A stretch of DNA of 46,694 bases, counting the filler, from Jimgerdemannia flammicorona (lineage: Eukaryota): NCBI GenBank assembly GCA_003990765.1. It is 2 parts of 2 records of this genome, joined end to end, with 100 filler letters (N's around TTAATTAATTAA, not from the genome) between each part and the next. Parts side by side here need not be neighbours in the genome. Positions count along the whole stretch, not along the records: positions 1 to 23,302 come from RBNJ01001122.1; 1 more part is not named here. One strand, written 5' to 3'. The notes under the pieces were generated by a model. That model ran no database searches and was not told where the DNA came from. It saw only the letters and a list, made by a program, of their open reading frames with translations. This document shows positions 13,422-23,402 of the stretch, in pieces. Within the stretch, counting starts at the first letter, position 1. Every line of letters begins with the position of its first letter. A program made the position numbers and the translations under genes.

Positions 13422-14600
13422 TCAATTCCTTTGCCTATTCACCACCCTCTGTCGTACGTGGTTATACATCTGTTGGTAATTAGGATCGTTCAACAAATTC
13501 AAGTCCACCGCCATCTTCTCCATCTTGCGCTTCAACTCCGTCTGCGCTACCTCATCCCTCGCGAAGGGCGCGAAGGCTTCGCGCGTCAGCTGCAGGCTCT
13601 CGGCGGCGGCAATGTGCGACAGCAACTCGACCTGCTCGATCATAGGTCGGATGTCCTGCGATTCGCTGGGGAACAGGACGGGGCCGACTTGTGACAACGC
13701 GATGGAGACTGTGATAAAGAGCTGGTGGAGGAGCGCAATCTGCTGATATGTGGTACGGTACGGGTAGAGCCACCCGGAGAGGATAAAGGGTGTAGGAGAG
13801 ACGAGCATAGAGAATTCGAGGCAAGCCAAGGCAAAAAAGACGACGAGGCGCCAGAATTTTCCAAATTGTCCTTTGCCGAGGATGTTGAAGACGACGAGGA
13901 TGAGACTGTAGGGCATGAATATGATGTTGTGAAGTACAATAATAGAGGAATAGAAGGAGATGAGGGAATGTGTTAAATTCAGGTCAGAAACTGTGTAATC
14001 GAGATCAATGTAATCGATAATTGTTTCCAGAAAAAAAAAAAAAAAAAAAAAAAATGGAGTAATGTATTGAACCTACCCAGTTCCGAGATAAAACGACACG
14101 GCACCTGATAATCCGTGCAACATGTAATCTCTCAGTGTCAACACATGCTGCCAATCTTCCACTGCGGGCCCAAATTTATCATACGCAGCCCTTTTAATCG
14201 GGTCATTCAGGGTCTCGTATGCTTTTCGTAAATGAATAAAGATTTGACCAGCTATCGCAGACGGGTTCTTGTCCGGATGAAACTCCCTTGACAGCTTGTA
14301 AAAACTAGTTTTGAGCTGCTTGGCGCTGAAATCGTCACCGGAGCCGACACCTAACATGGTGTAATAATTGTGTCCCAACGAGGCGTTGGCTTCCCATATA
14401 GTGTAAAGAAGGTAGCTGACCACAACCAAGGTGTAGATGTTGCGATGGTGGCGACGCCATTTGTTGGAACCAGGTTGCGGTTTGGCGTGGTCGACGGGGT
14501 AGGTAACAGTGTAGTAGAAGCTCTGAATCATGCCTGTGGCAAAGTTTGGGATGAAAGCCCAGGCAAACATGCCGGCGTAGGTTCCGAACATGTCACCCAT
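13422..14600 (-). CDS. Membrane-associated DnaJ (J-domain) protein, 2 exons
   Basis: NYYTMLGV...LSREFHPDKNP...AYETLNDPIKRAAYDKFG J-domain with HPD, flanked by hydrophobic segments. Intron at about 13918-14076. Confidence 0.88.
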
Positions 14601-14628
14601 GGTGTCGAGTGTACTGTCGACCCTCAAT

Positions 14629-14760
14629 TGACGTGGCAAACACTTTATAGACAACACCTTTGGTGGCTTGGATTGGGAGTGACGTCACTTTGATAATTTG
14701 CCATGTATGTCATGTAATTATGTGACGTGTTTAATGGTCGAAGACAATCTATGACGTCAC
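14629..14760. promoter_or_regulatory. Cluster of four TGACGT (bZIP CRE/UPRE-like) motifs upstream of the J-protein gene
   Basis: TGACGTGG at 14629, GTGACGTCAC at 14679, TGACGTGT at 14723 and TGACGTCA at 14752. Confidence 0.4.
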
Positions 14761-14883
14761 CCACAAGGCAAAAGTACCGAATCGGCATACCGGGTCAAAA
14801 TGAGACATACCGAAGTTGACCGGGGCTACGTCTGCAAAAATACCGAAGCCCGTTTTGCCCATCACGCACCAAAAAAGTCTGTG

Positions 14884-15055
14884 TTTCATTCCCTCCCTAC
14901 CGACTCCTACATTACGAACCACGTTCCCTATTTCCTTCATTCCCTCCCTACCGACTCCTACGTCACGAACCAAAAAAGTCCGCGTTCCCCATTTCCTTCA
15001 TTCCCTCCCTACCAACTCCTACGTCACACACTAAAAAAGTCGCGTTCCCCATTTT
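14884..15055. repeat. Three-copy imperfect tandem repeat (about 51-61 bp unit)
   Basis: Core cattccctccctaccgactcctacgtcacgaacca...cgttccc at about 14887, 14938 and 14999. Confidence 0.85.
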
Positions 15056-15129
15056 CTGCATTATATTATGCATGAAACATTTAGAGCTCTTCCAAATCTC
15101 TTTCCACGAAAGCTAGTAGATTCAACTGG

Positions 15130-16676
15130 TGTAACGACTATAAATTCGAAGAAGAAACCAGAGCAGGATGTTGCAGAATCTATAAGAGAGCTGACAAAGG
15201 CAGTACGGGCAATGGAAGAGTTATTGGGTAATTGAGCAACATTGAATTATGAATTAGGACTTTGTCATATAGAAGTAATGGAGAGAGATTCAGAGACAAG
15301 AAGATTTGATGCAGAGATGAGAAGATTGAAGTTAGAGAAGAGATAGAGACAGAATTGATGTAAACATAAAGAGAAGATGTATGTGATCAAAATAAAATAT
15401 ACCACAAGGCCAAGCAAAGAAGAGATAAGTATCAGTAGCAGTAGTGATAGTAGTAGCAGCAATAGTGAGGAGATAGAAGAAATAGAGGAAGAGAGGAGTG
15501 AGTGTAAGGCTATTAGAGCAGATTTGATAAATAGAGATAAAAGAGCAGATCTCTTTATCAGTAAAGAGAAGATTGGTTGGAATGAAGACAGAAGTAGCAG
15601 TAGTAGTAGTAGCAATAGCAATAGTAGCATCAATAGAGAGGAGTAAAGGAAGAGAGAAGAGAGTTGAGCAAGAGATTGTCTAGAGCAGATTTAATATTAG
15701 AGATAAAAGAGTATATCTTCTTATAAATAGAGTGAAGATCAGTAGAGATGGAGGCTATAAGAGGGTTGCTTTTTAGGGTAACCATTACATAGTTTTGGAA
15801 GGGTTTTCTGGAAGTTCTGGATATTCTGGAAGACCATTTTCTTATAATCAAGATCAATTTCATATAGAGTATGTCCTCTATACTTATTGATTTCAAGATC
15901 AGATTGACATCTCAACCAAAGTCTTTTTTCGGACTAATTCTGGATGTTCAGGATTTTCTGTATTTCAGGAAGTTCAAGAAACTAAGACCAGCTTAGTTGA
16001 ATTGGTGTATTACTGCAGACAATACCCAATTAGGAAATTTTGTGATGGGGTTAGGAGTGGGACCTAATGGGGAGCAGATTTACTTAAGAGTGGTTTATGG
16101 GTTATTAAATAGGTTTATTCACTATTCATGATATTGCTATACTAGAAGTAGTTGTATGAAGGGATATTGTGGGAAAGTGTTCAAAAGTTGTGTTTGGATT
16201 GTTCAGGTCTGAGATTCTGAGGTCTGAGGGAGGGGTATTTATATTAGTGAGGGGCTATCTAGACTATGCTAAGTATGGATGTAGCACTAAGTGCCTTGCT
16301 GAGTCAGAATGCAGTCACATAGTATAAGTATGATCTAATATGTCAAGAGATCATCTGACTGCTAAGTCAGTTCACAGTCATGTCATACAAGGCTAATCTA
16401 ACTATACTATGACTGCTAAGCTATTTATAGGTTTAGGTACTGTCTGGGTAGTCTTCGATGACATCACTATTGATGACATCATCGCTAGCAGTTTTCTGAC
16501 TTCTGATATCATCAGTTTCAAGGTGTCATCACTTCTATCTCTTACAAGATTAAGGCTGTCCTTGGTGGCAGTGGTTGTACAAGGATAACAGGTCTTGGTT
16601 CTCTTTTTTTTTGGTCTGCTGATATATTTGTGAGGACTGGCCATTCTCGTCTAAGGTGAGGGCTCCCAATGTCACA
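15130..16676 (-). repeat. Candidate 3' LTR of the Gypsy element (long, degenerate)
   Basis: Bounded by TGTAAC (15130) and GTCACA (16676), giving TG..CA ends with a 5/6 inverted match. Minus-strand TATAAATA at about 16236-16244. Lies downstream of the integrase. No second LTR is available for confirmation. Confidence 0.4.
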
Positions 16677-19600
16677 GCTGGGGGTTCAAACCTCTCAGAA
16701 ATAATATTTTCTGTAATCTGAGGCAATTTCTAGTAGTAATATCTATCACATAGATGGCTTGAGATTGGTTTTGACAATGTTGGCTTTCTTGAGTTCAGAT
16801 GAAGTATTCATTACTCTCCAATAGAGGTGATACAGATAGAGTGAACAGAGTTGTTCAAATGTATTTACTTCTGCTAAGTAATGAGGTCTTGTATAGTTGC
16901 AGTATATCCTGGTCTTGAGTTGATAAGTATAGCTTGTGAACCTTTTGATGAGTAAGATAGGGTTCTTCTTATCTTGGTTTGATTTTGGTACTTTCAGTTT
17001 TCTTTTATAATAGTATGGTATACCAAACTAGTTATAGTAGTTCAGAGTCAGTCTTATGGTTGTAGTACTTCTTCTAGTATTCTTGTATCTTGGCAGTAGG
17101 TTCTCATATTACTGGCATATTTCGTGTAACCAGATGATCTCTTCAGTAACTTGTTTTGTAGTCTCGCATATAGTTTCCAAATTAGTTCTGAGGATGATAT
17201 GTGGTTTTGGTGGCTTGGAGGTTGTGTGCTTATAACTCTCTTCTTTTTAGCTTTCAACGTCCTTATCGGGGCCTTCTAATTTGTTCTGGTGTTGTTGTAC
17301 CATTTGGATGGTTCTTGTAGCTGTATTTGTTGAGGATTTGTTCAACTTTGTATTCTTCTTGGTCATTAATAATGACAGGTACAGGTGGTTTGGTGATTTG
17401 GTTCAGGAATAGCTCATCATCATTTTCATTATATTACTTGAGATATTGAACATTGAAGACTGGGTGAATCTTAATGGTATCTGATAGCACCAATTTGTAG
17501 GAAGTAGGAGAGACTTGTGCAATGATTTCAAATAGTTCAATAAACTTGCTGTTCAGTTTTATAGATGGTCTATACTTGAGGTTGTCAACTCGGTATCCTC
17601 AGATGTCTAGTAGAACTTTTTCTCCAATATCAAAGATTTCTTCTCAGCAGTATTGGTTAACATACTGTGACTGTTATTCTTAAGCTCACGATAAATTCTC
17701 AATTGTGATCTGGCTTAGATTATACATTCAGAGCAGGAATTCTTCAACAGCTTCGACTGTGGAGGGTTCTTCAGTAGTTCAGATGAGTATCAAAGAGGTG
17801 TTTGGGTTTTGTCCAGTGTTGGCGAAGAATGGGGTCATTCCAAGAGAGGCTTGCTTGCTATTGTTGTAGGTAAACTCAATGGTAGTGAGGTGTTCATACC
17901 TATCATCTTGTCTATAGGAGACATAGTTCCTTAGCATTTGTTCCAGAGTTCAGTTCATTTTTTCAGTTTGGCTATCAGTTTCTGGGTGAAAGGCTGTAGA
18001 TAGTGCGAGTTTCATTCTAAGGTGTGCATAGAGGGCTTTCTAAAAGTGGCTGGTAAATTTCGGATCTCGATCACTAACAATGATTTTAGGAAGACTATGA
18101 TAGTGGAAGATGTTGTCAAACAAGAGTGTAGCTATATCTGGTACTATTACAGTAGTGGTAGTAGATACAAAGTGGGCTTGTTTGCTGAGGTAATCTACAA
18201 AGATAATAATTGCATCTTTTCTATTCTTGGTTCGGGGTAGTTGTACAATGAAGTCTATAGAGATTTGTTCTCAATTTGCAGATGGTACTGGGATAGGGTG
18301 CAGTAAGCCAGGTTTTGCTAGTATTGAGGACTTGTTTCATTGGCAGGTATTACAGGAAGTGATATAGGTCTTGAGTTGATCTGCCATCTGGGGCCAATAG
18401 AAGTTCCAGGAGATAACTTTATAGCATTTGTCAAATCCTAAATGTCCAGCTATAGGGGCATCATGACATTCGAATAGGATAGTCCTTCAGAGGTCTCGGT
18501 TGTTTGGGACATATAGTCTGTCCTTGTAGTAGATAGCATTATTCTTGAGTTGATATTAATTGTACCAGGTATGCTTGTCAGCATCATCACCATTCAGAAT
18601 TTCTTGGAGTGCTTGAGCTTCTTTATCATCAGCATATGCTGTGATAATTTGTTCTATAATAGTATTGGTAACCAAGGTGAGAGTTTGGATAACTTCTTCA
18701 ATGAGTGGTCTGGAAATTGCATCGGCAACAGTGTTTTCCTTGCCAGAGTAATACTGGATTTCGTAATCGAAGTTGGTGAGGACTTTCATCCATCTGGCTT
18801 GCTTTTGAGAAAGGGTAGCCTGTGTCTTGATATTGACTAATGACTTGTGGTCAGTCAATACAGTAAAGTGTGCTCCTTCTAGATATGGTTGCTATTTGAT
18901 CAGAGTGTCTATGATGGCTAGCATTTCCTTTTCATAGATTGCATAGTTGATTTTGGTATCATTGAACTTGCAAGAGTGATAGGCCACAGGGTGTCCTTCT
19001 TGCATAAGCACTGCTCTAAGGGCTAGATCAGAGACATTAGTAGTAACTTCATATAGTAGGGCAGGATTTGCTGCTTGAAGTACTGGAGTTGTTATCAAGG
19101 CATCCTTCAGTACTTGAAAGGCTGTATCTTGTTCAGGTCCCCAATTTACAAGATTGTTAAAGTCTTTCTCTTGTTTCGTAATCCAGGGTTGTTCTTCTTT
19201 CTTGCTGTATTTGGTCATTTGGGTAAGAGCTGTAGCAATTTTAGCAAAGTTGGCAATAAATCACCTGTAATAGTTTGCTAATCCTAGAAATGACTGGAGG
19301 TCTTTCAGCTTCCTGGGTCTGGGCCAATCCTTGATTGCAGAGATTTTGCTGGAGTCAACTTTGATTCCATTTGGAGTGACAATGTGTCCAAGGAATTGAA
19401 TTTCTTTTAGGAGAAATTTGCACTTGCTGAGTTTTGCAAAGAGTCAGTTTTCTCAGAGTTTCAGTAGTACTAGTTCAAGGTGTTCAAGATGTTCCTCCAG
19501 GGTTTTGCTGAAGACTAGGATGTCATCAATGTAGACTATAACAAATTTATTCAGGTAGGGGTACAGAATGGTGTTCATTAGTATTTGGAAGGTTGCAAGA

Positions 19601-20212
19601 ACATTAGTTAAGCCAAAGGGCATAATCAGGAACTCAAAGTGTCCATAGCGGGTTCGAAAGGCTGTCTTGTAGATGTCTTCTTCTTTTATGGCAATTTGTC
19701 AATAACCATTTTGTAGATCGAAAGAGCTCATGAATTGTAGATTGGTGAGTCTATCAAATATTTCATCAATTCTGAGTAGTGGGCAACAGTTCTTGATAGT
19801 CTGTTCATTGAGATCGTGATAATCAATGCACATTTGCAGGTCTTCTCCTTTCTTGACAACAAAGAGGACTGGTGCACTATAGGGTGATACACTGGGTCTG
19901 ATGAATCCTTGTTCTAGGAGTTCATCGATTTCCTTCTTGAGTGCATCAATTTCTCTTGGAGACATGTGGTAGATTGACTTGAAGGCAGGCTAGGCATCTG
20001 GAATAGTTTTGATGGCATGGTCTACTGCTCATTTGAGAGGTAGGCCTTTCAGGAGTTTCTTTGGGAATATGTCTTGGAATTTCTGGAGTAGTAGTCTGAC
20101 ATGGCTGTCAATTTTGGAAAAGTCTTCTTCAGAGTTCTCGGGTTCTCCTTTGGATAGATAGATGGAGATAGCAAAGAGAGGGCATTTCTTGGCCAATTTC
20201 TTGAGTTGTAGC
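16677..20212 (-). mobile_element. Degenerate Ty3/Gypsy LTR retrotransposon pol (RT, RNase H, integrase, partial chromodomain); gag/protease side missing
   Basis: RT motifs [32 protein letters not shown] and VYIDDILV (about 19515-19536). RNase H GHPVAYHS, YEKEMLAI, TDHKSL. Integrase CHDAPIAGHLG, TAFHPETD. IHPVFNV followed by EEYKVEQILN (chromodomain start, about 17330-17365). Many in-frame stops. Confidence 0.95.
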
Positions 20213-20240
20213 TAGTGCTCTGAACGAATGGAGTTGATCC

Positions 20241-20440
20241 GGATGAGATTCAATTCAGATTCGTCATGTGATGGATGAGATTCAATTCAGATTCGTCATG
20301 TGATGGATTCGAATCAACTCAGATTGGTCTCGTGATCTGATCCGGATTGATCCGGATTGATCCGGATTGATCCATCCGGATTGATCCATCCAGATTGACT
20401 CATCCAGATTGACCCATCCGGATTGATCCATTCAGATTGA
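20241..20440. repeat. Subterminal repeat array: 2 x 32-bp direct repeat, then (TCCGGATTGA / TCCATCCGGATTGA)n
   Basis: ggatgagattcaattcagattcgtcatgtgat at 20241 and 20273; tandem tccggattga-type units at 20341-20440. Confidence 0.9.
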
Positions 20441-20642
20441 AATCTTTGGTGACGTCACCCTTTCTTTTGTTCATTTCGCTCTTGTTTTTTTTTCCTGCCG
20501 CACTTTGGTGACATCACCCTTTCCTTTGTTCCCTCTCTTTTCTTTGTTCTTTTTCTTTGTTCTTTCCTACTGCATCACGAGCAAACAAAACAGCAGCCCT
20601 AAATTCGTATGTTGGTCCAGTCTACTCATTTTTCACCCTGCA

Positions 20643-22693
20643 ATGATCATCAAAAGAGGGAGTATTCGAGGTGGAAACGCACTCTCTGCTGACAATGTTA
20701 GATTCTTTCTCATATGGACAGCATACAAGCTGCTCATCGAGAGCCAAAGGGGTGACGGCGGTGGCGGTGGCGGTGGCGATGGCGATGGCGAGGATGAGGG
20801 AGAATTCTGGCAATAACTCACGGTGGCCCTTCGGACCTCAGAATTCACAGACCTCATAGCTATGTACGCAGCAGCCTTTTTGGAGCAGCCGATAGTAGAT
20901 ATAGGTTGCTCACTCGGCCGCCACTTGTTTACTTGTGTTTATTTATTTAAACTTCCCCAGCACGACCCAATTCACCTCATGCTTTTCTCAGTGTCCACAG
21001 CTCTACGGCGAGATCTGCCGACTTTATTTGCAACATCTGGTCAAGATGAAGAAAGGCTGGCGGATGTTGCGGGGCATGCCTTTGGTGGCTGAGCTGTTGA
21101 GTCAATGCATCACGTGGCGGAGGTCTCAAAAGGAACAGAAGTAAGCCTTTGTGAGCAATTCTTATGCAACTCGTGCAACTTGTCAGTGTGCAACTCGTCG
21201 GCATGCAACTCGTCGGCATGCAGCTCACTCACTCGTGCTCTTTTTCTGAAATACCCATCTCTATGTTTTATTTAATTTCATTTTTACATGGTCTCCCCCT
21301 AAAAAACACCCACACCCACACGCAACTCGCATGCAACCCATCTGCATGCAACCTGCCCGCCCGCACGCAACCCGCCCGCACGCCACCCGCAACCCACCCA
21401 CATGCAACCCGCCCGCACACAACCTGTCTGCATACTTATCTCGGTCCCTCAGATCAGGGCTCAGTTCTAGTGGAAAGGAGAGTTCAAAGTTACCCGAGTT
21501 CAACCATGTCCGGCATCTGATCAAATAGAGAAATTCGAGGGCAAGATGTTCAGCATGAGCAGTACCAGCATCGTCATCAAGGCTTGGGGGTCTACATTCG
21601 AATCAGAGCCAATCGTACTCGACCAAGGGGTCCATTGGCCAGCAGGAGTAACCAACGACGAAGAGAACCATATCTTTATTAACGAACGCGGAGAGGTGGT
21701 TGCAATGGTGGTAAGGAATCTCTACAGCGACGAGCTTCGCCGCCACATCAACGAGATTTGCGAGGATTGCATCAAATACCGGGTGGCAGGGAAGAGGGGG
21801 CGAAAAAAGCAAGGAGGGGGGGTTTGGACGGGAATTGGGTATACTGCAATACTGGCGAAGGGTGGGTTCCGAAATCCCCCGCACTTGTCTCCCTTTTTTT
21901 TTAACCCCTCCCCAGATAAATCACACTTTTTGCTGACATACTCTTTTTGATACAATTCCAGGGATGCACAAGATTCTGTACCCCTACCGGAACTTTAGAA
22001 GTGCTGTCGAAGAGCAAACTGTGCGCGAGCATGACACGGCCTGTGCGGCAATGGTGGCTATGATCTGGGGTTCTTTGAGCAGATTGGTAGAGCGTATGGC
22101 AGGCCAGCTTGGTGGTGACCTCGGCGCGGCTGTATATACATTCTTGGCGCAATTTAGTGTGCCGTATGAGATGAGGAGCTCCGCTCTTTCAGGGTGCTGC
22201 AGCCCAGGGGGTTTCTGCAGTCCGGGGGGTTTCTGCCCCCCGAATGCAAAAAGGACTGACCGGTTGCCGTCTGTTTTGGCAGGTTTCCAAGCTGGGGCTC
22301 CCGGGGCTGGACCAAGGGCAGGCATCCACCAGCACAGCCTAGCAGTATGAGGTCCTGGGCCAAGGGTTCACCCAACCGTATGCTCACGTCACATCAGGAT
22401 ATGTCGGGCGCAACCTTTCTCTGCCTACACACACAGACAACAACATCACCCCAGTAATGTTTTACATCCCGGAAAGGAAGGGCCCAACCTGGGAGGACAG
22501 CGGCGGAGTCTGGTACAACCTCTCCTACGGTTTCGGGGTCTTGTTTGCGGCCAACACGGCCATCCTATTCCAACCACATGACCACCATGGCACCGTCGCC
22601 TTTGAGGAGAGCTCGGACACAACAGTCGTCGCACTCACAATGGATGACAGGCTCATCAAGGCCTGGGACCAGTGGGTGGAGCAGTTTTTGTGA
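20643..22693 (+). pseudogene. TET/JBP-like 2-oxoglutarate/Fe(II) dioxygenase, spliced, with four in-frame stops
   Basis: Exons join in frame via GT-AG introns (about 20643-20903, 20992-21140, 21453-21860, 21962-22158, 22283-22693). The last exon reads PYAHVTSGYVGRNLSLPTHTDNNITPVMFYIP...SGGVWYNLSYGFGVLFAANTAILFQPHDHHGT, which matches HxD...GG...ILF...H. Stops at 20814, 21090, 21468 and 22340. Confidence 0.6.
21163..21425. repeat. Intronic degenerate minisatellite built on ATGCAAC(T/C)C
   Basis: Repeated atgcaactcgt(cggc) at 21164-21225 and gcaacccgcc/atgcaaccc at 21320-21425. Confidence 0.75.
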
Positions 22694-23302
22694 GGGTTAG
22701 ACAATCTTTCGTGAGGGTTAGGCAATCTTTCGTGAGGGTTAGGCAGCCATTTTGGCGGGTTGGGCAGTCTTATGTGGGGGGATTGGGCCAGGCGCCTCTT
22801 ATGTAGCACTAGCTTAGCCGTTATGCAGGGCCCTACCGGCCCCTCGGCCCTGCTCTGCAGTGCCGCCAGTGTGGCGCTGCAGCGCAGGGCCAGGGTGCCT
22901 GTGGGACCCGAACTGGCGACTTTGATCGCCGGAAATGCCCTCCGACCGCCAGAAGCACCCTCCGACCGCCAGAAGCACCCTCCGCCCCGGACTCCTTGGC
23001 GGCTTGGGGCTGCCCCTATGCTGCTGGCGGAGGGCTGCAAATTTTGCGTGCTCCCTCCGCCTGCCCCGCCCGCCAACCAACCCCACCCACTGACCTGGGC
23101 GCTGACAGCTTGGGGCTGCCCCTCGCTGCTGGTGGAGGGCCGCAAATTTTGTATGCTCCCTCCACCTCCCCCCCCGACCCGGACACTTGTGGCTTGGGGC
23201 TGCCCCTTGCTGCCGGCGGAGGGCTGCAAATTTTGCGCGCTCCCTCCGCCGACCTGCCCGCCAACCTGCCCACCGACCTGCCCCCCGACCCGCCCACCGA
23301 CC
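22690..23302. repeat. GC-rich composite repeat array
   Basis: 3 x 21-bp gtgagggttaggcaatctttc (22690-22745); 2 x 20-bp ccctccgaccgccagaagca; 3 x ggcttggggctgcccc...gagggctgcaaattttgcg.gctccctcc (about 23001, 23107, 23191); 12-bp ccgacctgccc-type units up to the gap. Confidence 0.88.
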
Positions 23303-23402
23303 NNNNNNNNNNNNNNNNNNNNNNNNNNNNNNNNNNNNNNNNNNNNTTAATTAATTAANNNNNNNNNNNNNNNNNNNNNNNNNNNNNNNNNNNNNNNNNN
23401 NN
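23303..23402. other. Artificial assembly spacer (N44-TTAATTAATTAA-N44)
   Basis: 100-base block with a six-frame stop linker in the centre. Confidence 0.95.

Larger units (their letters stand above)
20213..23302. mobile_element. Putative DNA-transposon-like insert interrupting the Gypsy pol, carrying a TET/JBP-like gene; right end lost in the assembly gap
   Basis: Gypsy coding (LQLKKLAKK) stops abruptly at about 20212. New sequence starts TAGTGCTC followed by dense short repeats, and base composition shifts to CpG-rich. Repeat arrays also occur at 22690-23302. No transposase seen. Confidence 0.5.

Noticed and set aside
15265..15896. Leu/Ser-rich ORFs as membrane proteins
   Set aside because: They are low-complexity translations of purine-skewed, mutated repeat DNA.
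20241..20440. Repeat array as a CRISPR locus
   Set aside because: The units are directly tandem with no unique spacers, there are no cas genes, and the context is eukaryotic.
22283..22457. Alternative frame with HQD (NRMLTSHQDM) as the catalytic motif
   Set aside because: It ends in a stop and cannot be spliced in frame to the distal His region, whereas the HTD frame is continuous with it.
20211..22813. 9-bp inverted match GCTAGTGCT / AGCACTAGC as terminal inverted repeats
   Set aside because: The match is short, there is no target duplication, and Gypsy sequence does not resume after 22813.
23347..23358. TTAATTAATTAA as a piggyBac target or biological palindrome
   Set aside because: It is centred between equal N runs, which marks an artificial contig linker.
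22525..23358. Long Pro/Gly-rich ORFs (234, 196 and 120 aa)
   Set aside because: These are by-products of GC-rich tandem repeats.
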